DNA of 64,000 bases, from the NCBI GenBank assembly GCA_964304625.1, contig OZ199839.1, positions 4,327,292-4,391,291 of the forward strand. The letters are read 5' to 3'. This stretch comes from Kudoa neothunni (Eukaryota; Animalia; Cnidaria). The stretch's first letter is position 1. Every line of letters starts with the position of its first letter. Made by a program: the position numbers and the translations under genes. The notes beneath the pieces were generated by a model. The model was not told the DNA's origin and did no database searches. It saw only the letters and a program-made list of their open reading frames with translations. Shown one piece after another: positions 13,638-26,529 of this stretch.

Positions 13638-14357
13638 TTTTATCTAAATAATTAAAATTTATAGGAAACTTTGTTAAAATATTATTGGGGCATAAAATAC
13701 CGAACACTGAGTGCACTATATATATTTTATAGAATCTCAAACAAATGATTCTAGCTCTATTAGATTTCAAACAATATTTGGCATCAATTCTTAAAGGTGT
13801 TATAACTGGGATATTAACACGGTATCCATTGTTGATTTACAAAAGACGCTCACCATTCATTGATGAAGGTTATTTTCAATAGAGGACCATAACTAAACCT
13901 TGTAATAATTTAAAACATGGTGACACAGCTAAACTTACTACACAATTTTTATTAGTAGGTATAAAGCATAAACAATAAATTTTCACCCAACATCTAGAAA
14001 GAACTCGCTTATATAATTTTAAATTTTTATTAATATATCTCGCAATTGATATTATAATAACAAAACAAAATGTTGCGGCAATCGTACAATAAATTGGATT
14101 ATAGATAATTTGGATGATTTTTGGTCGAGGTGTCGAATAATAATTACACCAGGCAACCGATTTTAATACTTTGTAATGTTGCAGTATTTGTTCATCATAA
14201 AAGAAATACACAGGGGAAAAAATAAAATATTCAATGCATTAAGGTAGTAAAAAAATAAACATTTATATGTATTTTTAAAAGAATCTTCAACCGATGATTT
14301 TCATATATTTTTTTAGTCACCAACACAATAAATCTGCTGCGAACTGCATAAAAAATG

Positions 14358-17151
14358 GGCAGTGGCTATTGACACGGAAGTCAATTTCTCCGATATTAAA
14401 AACTTTTTTAAAGAATTGATTTCAAAAATCTAATATTCCATTTTTTTTTTCTCTTCAAGCTAAAAAAATTGGCTCCAACTGATAATATTAAATTTTCACG
14501 TAATTGTATTGATACCATGTGGTGATAACTTCAATATTTCAAACAAAAAACTGTTTTCCATACTTAGAACATAATTTAAATGTATTATGTCATTTTCTGT
14601 TATTACTATGGTATGGTTTAAAGAATTATCGATGTCTGCGTCATACTAACATAACGTCAGCAGAGCACGCTACTGAGAGATTTCCATAATTGAGGATCGG
14701 ATTTTCGTCAAAACTTTACGTGCTTTTGTTAATTTTATCATATAAATTTTGTTTACAAAATATAATATTGGTTTCGAATAATTCCTACGGAATTATAATG
14801 AAACAATATAATTCAGATTTGTCTAGTAATTAATGTTGCAAATTTTGAGATTTAGATATTAATGCGGAAATAAGAAATTATTAGTGTAAACATACATTCA
14901 TGTATCTATTTATATATATTTATATTTAATTGTTAGACAATAATGTGAGTAGGTACGGCATGCCAGTTTTTTGAAGAATTAGATAAATATTCATAGGATG
15001 AATAATGATTACATTAATCAATACAAAAAAATGAACGCGAATCTAAGAGAATTTTCGTCTCTTCTTTTGACATCCGATCGTGGTCAGAGCATATCCTTTG
15101 GTCTTCCAACGGATTTAATTCGAGCAGGAATTTTTAAGGCTTAAATAAGTTTAAAAATGTATGGATATTATAATATCATTAAGTTTAACAATTTTTGAAG
15201 ATATTAAATTGCTTTCAGTCTGGTTTGTTTGATTTTGGGCAAGTTCTCATCCGGAATATTGTCAGCAATAGCAGTCCTAATAATGTCTTCATCTTGAGGA
15301 TCACTGCCAACATCATTGCCGTCAATGCACATTTTAGAATTTAAACTGTTATTAGCACTATCTATTATCACCAATTCAAATACTACTGATACTTTTTAGT
15401 TATTTCACCTGGTTCAGTAATATCTTTTTTCTCGATTAGATCATCAGAGTTTTCATTGGTGCGTTTTGCTAAAAATATATTTAACACGAAATTAATTATT
15501 CGGCTATATCAATTTGATTTATTTCCCTAATTAATCTTAGATCACCACTTTTGATAGGTTTTTTGATCGTACTAAAAAGTGATAGACAACTATCATAAAA
15601 CTCCCCGCAGGATTCAGCTGACAGAGCGGCTAACTTGTTTGTATAAATTGCGGAATTTTTTAAGCGCCTCCCATACGAATTAAAAATCATCTTAGGTTTA
15701 ATAGATATATTTTCTTTTGGAGTGAAATTAAGGTTTTCTATTTCTAAAAATCGGTTCAAATGATCTCTTGACTACCTGTAATGACATAAATCAGAATCAA
15801 ATATTGGAAGCAGGCTAAAAGCTCTCTTTTTGAAGATATGACTGCAGGAAAAATGATATGATCTATAAATATAACAATCACATCTTGTTAAAGTTGTTGT
15901 AACATCATTAATTTGGATTTCATCAAGATTCCGAAGATGTTTGTGTACTATATTGAAGGCGAATGGATTTAGGTGATAAAAATAAGCTTTCAAAACTTAA
16001 TTTGAAGTATCAAAATCAACTGGGTTTAATATAATTTTTGTTATGTTACATTTTTTTATTGTTAGTGATGTGTTGCATTTAGTCCTACAACCCATTCATT
16101 AGCGATGGTCTCCCAATTTGATTTAACGTAGTCAATAAACTTTTGATTGCTTTCTTTATAGAGATTCTTAAGTAGGTTACCATAATCTTCTTCATTTTTT
16201 GAATATATAGTGCGATTGAGAATTTGTAGTAATTGACCACGCTGAGTTTTTGTAATGCCAAGCTTTGAAATAGTTACTTCACGTCTAAAATTCTGCGAAA
16301 CGTGAAATACACATATCATTAATTCGGAATTTGGGAACAATTCTTTCAAACACTTTCTTAAAGTGTAGTGCTTGTCAGTGATAATCGTTTGAACGCTTTG
16401 AGTCGAATTTGGTAGTACGTTATTATTTGGGAAACGTACCATTTTAAAGAATCCTCTGTTTCATCATATAAAATACAGGTACTAGTGATATGTGGTGTCC
16501 AACGGAATCCTCAGCGATAGAAATATACAATGGTGCACTAATAAATTAATAAAACAACGGATTAAACCAAAATCATAAAGGTTACCGTGAATCCAGTAGT
16601 TTATATGTTGCATCAACTATTAATAGTTCTAGGAAGAAGTCCAGAGTATTAAGCATTTGTTGAAAAATGAAAAAGATCCCACATACGTTATTATCGACAG
16701 ATAAAACACTCACCATACAATTATGTTTCTTTTTCAAAATTTCAACAACCATGTTAATGTCGTCAGGTATAATTTTTGAAAGTTTTTTTATATTACGTAG
16801 TTTCCTTTTTCATAGTCATTTATAAACGACCGTAACGCTTTGAACGATCCAAATTTCATTCCAACATGAAATTCCTTCAAACTTGAGTCACTCATTTTTG
16901 TTCGGCTTAATTCGCGTAACACATGTATCTATGTGCTGAATGTTAAAATAAAAAAATTAACGCGGAGGAGACTATTATTTTTATTTTAATAAATTAAACG
17001 TTGTTTTAGATTATGAGATATATAAATGATTAAGCATTAAACCAATTATTCCTCAAAACACTGCACTTATTCAAACATTTCTTCTTCTGATTTTTTTGGA
17101 AAAAGTTTCCTATATTCGGAGAAATTGACTTCCGTGTCAATAGCTAGTGTC
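14358..17151 (-). mobile_element. Mutator-like (MULE) transposon with SWIM finger, decayed transposase
   Basis: TIR core GCTATTGACACGGAAGTCAATTTCTCCGA is inverted at both ends; 9-bp TSD TAAAAAATG / TAAAAAATA. Protein fragments: LLIVDATYK, IITDKH...ICVFHV, SWIM CDC...CSH and VGRPK. Confidence 0.9.
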
Positions 17152-19465
17152 TAAAAAATATTTCAATTTGTCTTAACCATTATTTGGTATTATGTGAATG
17201 ATCATTTACGTAAGGATAATTCGTTGGTGTTTTTCTTAACTTTATGTTTATATAGATTTAATTATTATAAAAAACGATTTATAATAACTATTAAAAATTA
17301 AATTATTAGTTTTTGTGGTTAAAAATAAATCTCAATTAATTTTTTAATAATATTTTCCGATATAATTGTTCTCTATAGCTTTATTGATTGCTTTATACTT
17401 CTTATTAGATTTCTATGGAATAAAAATTCATCTTATTATCTTTATATTTATGTTAAGTGTACGTACATTAATTTTAACTGGGCTTTGCATTAATCGATAT
17501 TTCCTTTTGGTTAAATCAAAGATGAATTATAAATGTTGAAATTTTCGCCATTCCTCTCAATATCAAGGGTATTCTATTTTTCAATCTGTTCTTTTATTGC
17601 ATAAATAGAATTTAAGCCGTTAGTTACATCCTGATTTTCGGATTTTTTATAAAAAAATTAGTTCAATGCTGTTATTTAAAAAATTTAATTCGGGAATAAA
17701 TTATCTTTCTTGCCAACATTTTCTTTAGTTAAATAAATTCAGTAAAATACCCTTGAGTAGAATGAAATATTTCCAGTAAATAATAAATAACCTATTAATA
17801 TTTACATTTACTCTCAAGGAATGCAACCACATCTCAAAAAAATATTCGCATTAATAACTATTAAATGGAATTATTTCCGTTCTTTTAAATATCTTGAGCT
17901 AATCTGTTGAGTACTTTAAAATAGATAATTGGAATATTTTATATTTAAGATAAAGCAATTAAACCTTAAACAATATTTTCTATTTTTAAAAGATAATAAA
18001 ATGACCAACTTAAAGTTCTCAAATAAGAATTTAGATTTCATGTATCAAATAAATACTATTTAATTAGTTAAAAAATAACTTATTCTCCTGGAAATTAATA
18101 CCAAATAACTAATATAGGATTTGTTTGTTTTCTCAAAAGTAAACCTAACACCTATTATTATTATTCAATATAATTACATTTAAATTGATTTTTATTATCT
18201 TCGAAAGCAAGCTGGTTGTGTTTTGTCATTTATATTAAAATTTGAACACTTAAATTTAGCTCAAATCAATGCTCTTCAAATTAAGTCAAATTTAATACAG
18301 TAGATGATAAATAATTCCTTATTTGAGTAAAACTAGTACCTTCAATTAATTAATACATCTGATAACAATTGGATAAGGTTCCGCTTTTATATATAAATAA
18401 ATTTTAGATTTTTAATAAAAAAAGCATTGAATTTTTTTAAATCATTTAAATTAGATTAAGAAAACTACAGTCACGAGCTCTTTCATTACGTATCTCAGCA
18501 AAATTTCCACCAATGATATCACCTATTCGATTTAAACAGATTAATTTAAAATTGAAAAAATTATCGTGTATTTGTATTCTAATTTTAGTATCAAAGTCTC
18601 TTTTTGAATGTTGTTCCCCCTTGTAATAACATTATTTTCATGCGACTACCGAAAAAAGTTTTCCCACCCTGATCTATATGATATAATTTAGATTCATAAA
18701 TTTATAAGGTTGATTTTAAAAAATATAAGAATTTTCAGACGTTTTTTGACAAAAAAAGTTTATTTGATTGATTTTAATCATTTATTTGTGTTTATATTTA
18801 TATCAATCTTTAATCTTTAATAATAATAAATGAACAAAGATTATATGACGTCGAAGAAAACTGAATAAAAAATTTTCCATTTACGATATACGCATGCGTA
18901 GATAAGAATTAGAAAATCTTGACGGGAACTTCGAAAACAGTCATACTTGGCATATTGAGACTATAAATACCAAAAACATGAAAATAAAATAAATTTTAAT
19001 CCGCGAAAGAATTAATATATCCACCTGTGTGTGCACGTGCGTCGATAAACCGATTTTTTATCACAGTACTGAATAAATCTGTATTTTTCTTTAGTTTAAA
19101 ATGAAATTCTTAAAATGATTTTTATTCTGCTAATTTTATATACATAATAGCTAACAAAAAACAACTTATTTAAAATATTTTATCTATTTTCCTCACATTT
19201 AAGACGATATAATAAAAATTAATTCAAACATAAAATGACTGAATTAAAGGAAATAAAATGATATCTAAATTCAAATAAAATCATTTCCAGAATAATTAAA
19301 ATAATTAAAGGGCAAACAGATCGTTTGATTTTATTAAAAAAACAAAAATTTTATTTTAAATTTTTCAATTAAATTTCACATTAATTATCCTAACTGTTAA
19401 TGAACTCAACAAAAAAATATAAAAAATATTAAACATCTACAAAATTTAGATATCAAAAGTAAAAG

Positions 19466-20880
19466 TTATATCTTGGACAGAAGTTCTTCCAAGGTGAGCA
19501 AGTAGTCGGATTCCATCCACAATTTTTTCAACTTATCTAGATTGGCGCTGATATGTTTTCCTTTAAGATTTTTTTCCTTCATATGATTTCCAGTGACGGG
19601 GAAAATAGGAGGGATCCATTCAGCGATAAAAATATAATTATCGCAAGTGCTTTCATAGAGAATCAATTGTAGAACTTGATTTTTCAAGGTTTCTACTTCT
19701 TTGGGTTTATAATTTGAGACTATAAGATCTTTATATTTTTTCAGCGAAGTTTCAGTTGGAGAATTTTTATTCACTCGATGCTTAACTACAAATCTCAATA
19801 GTAATTTCTCGTTGTTTGAAAATTTGAGCGAACTGGCAATATGTTCCACTTGTTCCTCATCTTCAACAATACTAGCCAAACTTGTTGGCGGACAAAATTT
19901 AACGTTGTTTAACTGTCTCAACTTAAGTTGTTTCAAGATATTTTCAATATTTTTAAAAACACAACCAAAATTATCGATATCTTTCTCACAAACATGAGGT
20001 AGACCTATTCAAGTAGGAAAAATAATCAAACTACATCACATCAATAAATATTACACGAATATTTGAGCACATCAGTGAGATACATTAATTTTAGAATAGA
20101 TTGTGCATTGGGTCCAACTATAATTCGTTTAATTTCGCTCCAAATTCTTTCTACCGAAATATTTTTCAACCCAGACGCTTCTTTTTTGATAATTCTCAAC
20201 AACGATAAATGTGGGATATTGGAGCTGGTTTCCATCGTGGCCTCCAATTCGTTGATCTTATCTCCAGTTGAAATTCGTCCAAGAAATCGGAAATATCTCA
20301 GAATTCGAAGATAATCTTCCTTAATGCGTGCCGTGGCATCTCCTACAAATTGAACTTTTCTATCCAGTAGGTGATGATATCCATTGAAATAGTCGTACAG
20401 CATTCCATCCTGAACGCACATACTCATAGCATTGATGGTGAGATCGCGTCGCTCGGCATCCAATTTCCAATCTTTAATATAGGCAACCTCAGCATGTCTG
20501 CCATCGGTCACCACATCCGTTCTTAGAGTGGTTACTTCAAAATCTTTTTGGTTGATGTGTACTGTGAGTGTGCCATGTTGGATACCGGTTTCAATGTACC
20601 TTAGTTTGGATTTATCGAAAACCTGTTTCATTTGTTCAGGTGTTGCATCTGTGCTAAGGTCGATATCAGCCCCATTTCTCCCAAGGATAATATCTCTCAC
20701 TACACCACCAACAAGTCTCACCTACGTCACATAGAACACATTACTGAACGCCAGATTTACACACACCACCGAACATACTTCATATCCATTGTTGGTCAAC
20801 GCATCAACTACCATTAACAATTCCTTTGATTTTATCGACTCAAATAGCCGTTTATCATAGTTCACAGCAGTTGAACTCAT
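19466..20880 (-). CDS. TRNT1: CCA-adding tRNA nucleotidyltransferase (3 exons)
   Basis: RLVGGVVRDIILG..DIDLSTDATP, FEVTTLRTD, DAERRDLTINAM, RIKEDYLRILRYFRF and ISVERIWSEI are present. Confidence 0.93.
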
Positions 20881-21097
20881 TTTTCTGCAGTAAACTTTAC
20901 AGTTATGAAAAATTTGATTTTTTATAATCTTAACCGACAAAATTATGAAGCGAAATAAGTCTCAATCTTTGAGAATAACAGCGTGCTATTTCCATATGTG
21001 CGCGCGCATATATACTCTTTTAATATACATAAACTAAACAATTTTATCTAAAATATTTTCAAAAATTGTAGAACTAACATTTAACCCCTAAGAAAAA

Positions 21098-24040
21098 TTA
21101 AGAAAAAATTACGAAAATAAATAAGTGTGGAGATACTTTTAGTTTATCACCGATGAGAGTCTTAAGAGAGAACGGGAAAACACACTTGTCAAAAATTAAC
21201 AGTAAATTTTGGAAAATATTTTCCATAAGGTAGATATCTTCTTCTTTGTTTTCAATAATGAAACCTAACAAAAATAAATCCTAATAATATTTATATTGCT
21301 ACCAAGATAGTCGGAAAGAATTTCTAAGAATTTTTCAGGCAGTTCAGATTCCTCGTTTAAAAACACGCATTGAAGGGTCGTTGTTAGATAATTAAAGTGC
21401 ATATTATCAACTGGTGAGGAAAACTCCCCAAAAAAGTTAAGCAACAATTGAAATTGTTCATCGGGCCAATATTTAAATTGTTCATTTGCCCTAACATCAA
21501 ATTATTCACATAATCAAAAACATAATTTAACAACAGTAGAAATTACCATATATTTATATGAATAAATGAAATAGGGAGATTGACGTGGCAACTGTGTTGG
21601 TTGTCTTGGAACCATTGTTTAACTTTGTGTTGAACAGAGTCCATATAAACAGTTTTGAGGTCGTCGTTAGATTGCATTCTTCGAATTACAGTCTAATAAA
21701 AATATCACCAAGATAAATAAATATGGATTTTTACTATTAGGATGAGTGAACGTTGATAAACAATTGTGGCTTTATCTAAGACAAATATGAGTATAATCGA
21801 AGAAATTAGCGAAAAATACTTTGATTCTCAAAATAGGGATCATTTAAAATCATCTGTAATATAAATTATAAAAAACTATTAAAATCAAATTAATCACTTC
21901 AATTGGCAAAAGAAATTGCAAAAATTTTGTCGTTTGACAATCATTGTTAGTCGAAATTATCTCTTTAATTTTTTGTGTTTCATTTGAAGTGAACCCTAAG
22001 TTAAGTTTAAGGTTGAAGATAAATAAACAGTGAATTATTTATTAAGCAGTTATTTACCTACGGAACAAGTGTATAGAAATGAAGCTAAAAATGACAAATT
22101 TTCATCGTTAACTATCCTATCAGAATAATCAACATGTTAGTTAGTTGAATAAAAGTTACAAAACATCGACTATGGAATTGGCACAGTCAACAATTTCATC
22201 AGTACTCAATGAGGTACAGTTAAAAATATGAGTGATACAATATTTCAAGAAATAAACAACAACGACAGGATTTTTTAAGGATAAAAATTTGAGTGCTATT
22301 TCAAAAAAGTTAGTCCCCTCTAAATTATCTAAACCAAGAAAAATTATCGCGACACATTCAATTAATAATATTACCAGCAACCTTTCTAGCTAAACAACTG
22401 TAGCAATCATTTTCATTCGAATCTATCGAATTTTTGAACAAACAATAATATAACAGTTCCAATAAATGGATCGTTTCTTTTTTATCCAATCTATTTTCCA
22501 ATAATGTGGAAAATTCATTTATACTGTCCATCAGGTGTCTAAAAATTATAGGGTCCAATAAATTTTACGCCTTTAAAAGATTACTGTAGATGATTAAATT
22601 TGGATAAATTCAGATTTTTCATGACGACGATTGTGGTTTGAAGCAGGTTCTGTAAATATTTGTCATCCATATCGTTGATTAAATCTTTGTTTATCAAGGT
22701 GGTGATGAGTTGAGTTAGTTTTCCACCATAAAATTTCTGCTTAGTATTAAGATAATAAACTGTGACCAGCTTATTAACCACACACAAACCTTCATTAAGC
22801 ACACTTGATAAATTTTTGTGGCTAATCTGATTGTTCGACTGAAACAACCAAATCAAATAATCACATAAACTAGAAACAATCGATAGACTGCCTGTTGTGC
22901 TGATATCCTCCAGCGAATCGCACACAATGAAACAATAAGACATGTTCATGGCATTTACTTTATCGATAAGCAATGGAGTAAAATCAAAAATTGGGAAAAT
23001 ATATTTCAATTGAGATATAATTTGATTGTCTATCACTTTGGCCAAAAATCGACTTGATGACTGCACCAATTTTGGAGATAGACTGTAAAATTTTTGGAGG
23101 AATAAAAATAGATTTCGAATTGTCATAAATCCAAGATGAATACACTCAGTTTGTAGTGATATTTCTTGCTGCTTTTTTGGAGATATCATTTCGTAATTAC
23201 GTCCAATACCATCAATATAATCAGTATCAGGACAAACGTAATTTTTAAGATTGACTATCAGTATTTCGGAAAATTCATTAATAGTTTCAATTTCTTTAGG
23301 ATTGAAATCCTGCGAATAACTCCATTCAACCGTTTCATCGTTTATATAGTTGAAAATAATTAGATTTATCCTTTGGATCAATTCAACCTTGTTGAATGAA
23401 ACGGTCTCGGTGAGTGTAACCAACTCCAACAAAAACGAAGCACTTTTTATGGCCTCAAATATCGCCAGAGGAAAATGATCTATAACAACAAACAACATTT
23501 TTATGCTTGTCTGTTGCTTTCTTGATAAAATATCAGTTATTCCAATACTCAAACTTAACCAAATCCTTCTAGCTTGATCCGTTAAATCGCTGTTGGTCAA
23601 TTTCCCCAATAACATAGACCCCAACTCTAGCATTGCTTTGTTAGTAGAACCAACCACAGTTGCGTAGTTTTTCATCAGTTCTATTATAGTATCTTCGTAT
23701 AATGATTTGTAACTTTTGTCCCCATTAATGAGAGATTTTAATTTGTTAGCTGCTTCGGCCTGACGTTTAGCATTGTGATGAGATAACTGCCTCAAATAAC
23801 TCTTTACATTGTAATTAGTTTTGTAAATTAGATATTTATAAGTATATAAATTACTTTGTAAGTTTGACGTTTGGCCTCATCCAAGTCCTCGATATCTTGC
23901 AATGGCATTTGTGGCCGAATCATTATCGACCCCGACTTAAAATTGGGTCTGGTCACATTTGTATTCTTTGGCAATCTCTTCCCAACTTTTATTTTAATTT
24001 GTTTAAAGTCTTCAACCTTTTTAGCCCCTTTACGCCCCAT
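21098..24040 (-). CDS. TEX10: TEX10/Ipi1 rixosome subunit (multi-exon)
   Basis: N-terminus EDFKQIKIKVGKRLPKNTNVTRPNFKSGSI, then LRQLSHHNAK (Ipi1_N-like) and a long helical body. The 3' exon structure is approximate. Confidence 0.8.
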
Positions 24041-24297
24041 TCGTTCCGATCTAACACACCTGCTGTTTGTCAGTACCGCTACCACGTGGGAGCATGCACC
24101 CTCCTAAAGCTCCTAAAGATGGCAAAATCCCGATTTCATTATGTGCTTAACTATCATCTTAGATAAATTTTTAAAAATTTTGTTTTAGAATTTTCAGAGT
24201 AACTCAACTGATATATTGGAGCTTCTCAAAATGGTTATCATTTAATAAAATTCTGGTAGTATTTTCAAAGGTTGCAACAGTCAAAAATAACACCATA

Positions 24298-24735
24298 TTA
24301 TAAAAAAATAAAGTATACATCTATTACAGAAATACTCACGTTATGAAAACGAGTTTTTAACCATCGGAGAATTTCTTCACTATTAATGTCCTCTTTGAAT
24401 ATGATCGCAAGGATATTTTGGTTTCGCCATCCAGGGTCTTGCTCTAGAAGTTTTTGTATGTACACCGAATTATTGTGTGAAGGGGAATTGATCGCTATCG
24501 CTCTGATACTTTTGGTATACGATGAGCTTGTCAAAAAAATATTCATTACATTTTGAATGTTCCAAGGATGACCTCGATTGTGAGTCAAAACAAAATATTT
24601 CGTAAACTTTCTTGTTTTATGTGAGTATATTCGATTGTTTCCACAATTATTGGGTGCATTACTACCATCCGAATTATCTATAACTGGAGATGATCCCGAC
24701 TCCGTATCAACCATATAAATATCCTCATCTTCCAT
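24298..24735 (-). CDS. Orphan ORF (about 145 aa, acidic N-terminus), may be spliced at the 3' end
   Basis: Long open frame in AT-rich DNA with protein-like composition and a GTGAGT donor near 24339. No family recognised. Confidence 0.45.
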   Translation of the reverse strand: MEDEDIYMVDTESGSSPVIDNSDGSNAPNNCGNNRIYSHKTRKFTKYFVLTHNRGHPWNIQNVMNIFLTSSSYTKSIRAIAINSPSHNNSVYIQKLLEQDPGWRNQNILAIIFKEDINSEEILRWLKTRFHNVSISVIDVYFIFL

Positions 24736-26529
24736 GTCTCTAAAATACACAATTCCTCTAATCCTTAATTAAACCTTCCGACTCAAAAATAACATTCAAT
24801 TCATTATGTACTACTCTCATTCGAATGGAAATATTATAATTTCGCCAGTTGGATTATTTTTGAAGAATTTTGTAGATGAGATAGTTTATACAGTTCAAAA
24901 AAATTTAATAAAAATACTTTTGATGTGATTTATCCATAATCTTTAAATATTTAATCGTAACATTGGTTTAGTATTAAACCTCATTAGAAATATCCATACA
25001 TTTCCGACCGATTTTTAAAACTTTTCATCGATCCATTTTACAAATAATGTTATTTATTATTAAAAGTCTATTCAATCACTACTAATATCTATTCAATTTT
25101 TCCAATTCTATATTCGCATATGTATTCGTAAATTAAGCTGATTATTAAGTAACTAGCTGTGAAAGGTGATTATTGTTGTTTATTTTAATTTAAATCCCAC
25201 GTATACAACTTAAAACGTGAATAATTATTATCGTATGAATGAAATTTTTGATTTAAATACGCAAACATCATTTCTGGAGATAAAGTGGAAACAATTTAAT
25301 TTTGACGACTTTTTATTACAAAGTCTTAAACTTTCAATCAAGCTTAAATGATATTGGATTAGTTCATTCTGCCGAATCTAGCCTCTAGAAATCAACTCTT
25401 AAGGTATCTATAGGTTTTAATATTTCAGTTTTGAAACTTTTAGAAAACTGAGAATATGTCTTTTTTAAAGGTTTAGCTATAAAAGACTATCTTACTTTAT
25501 ACAGTAAATAGAGGGGATTTTATTGTTAACTATTTTTCCATCAAACGTAGTTGTAATAATTGTATAGGATTTTTTATGTAACAAAAATCAAAGTTTTAAA
25601 TTTTATAATGGAATCGACAACCAGGCAAAATTTTAAAAAGCTTTCTGATATTCAAAAATAATTTTGAAAATGCTCCCAAACATAAATGGTTAAAAAATTA
25701 ATCCTTATCCCCTTTAACACTTACATAATATGTCGTAAGGGAGATTTCTAATTTAATTACATTTAATAATTGCGCAAATAGCGACCTGCCTATGATTATA
25801 TGTGTTTACACATTTCGAACCTAACACCACTGCCTAGAAGCATTTTCATGATGAGCCAATTGGATATTTAGTTTGTTATTACTTTATCGATCTATCCTAT
25901 TTTTTAGCATAGACCATATTATCTCATGATGTGATTTCAAAACAACCATTTTCTCTCACTCGTCGTGTTTGATATTTCTCTTCTTTGCTTCTTTTGAAAT
26001 TAGCCAAACGTAATTTTAACACTTTTTAGGTAATGCAATAAAATTATTGTATTTAGCTTTATTTTATTAGACAATGCATTTAAACATCTATAAATGATCT
26101 CGTAGAAATTCAAAACTCAATACCTTCAATTTTTTTCCAACATTTTTAATCTTCCTCACGTTTCACGTTTAAAAATGATTATAAGTATTTAAGTTTCTTC
26201 ACAATTTAAATATATTTTGTGCTAAGAGTAAATTTTAATTTTTGGATTCATTTCTAAACATTAGTTAATAAACAATAAGTTTATTACTACAATGTGCAGT
26301 TTAAATATTGCCGTTCTATAACCAAAAACCGCCAGAATCTATTTAATAGAGAAAAGAAAAATTTCAAACTGACTAGACGGCATGACTTATTAAATGATTA
26401 ACTAAATAAATAAAATTCTTAAGCAAACGAAGTAAATAATATCGATATCTAGTTCATGCCTTGGATTAGCGCCTCAGTCAGGATAATGTAGACGTGTTGT
26501 TGATTTTCTCCTCCCTCTACTATTTTATT

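Noticed and set aside
17400-18400. Fragments faintly resembling leucine-rich repeats
   Set aside because: Stops in all frames; Leu/Asn/Ile richness is expected from AT-rich DNA.
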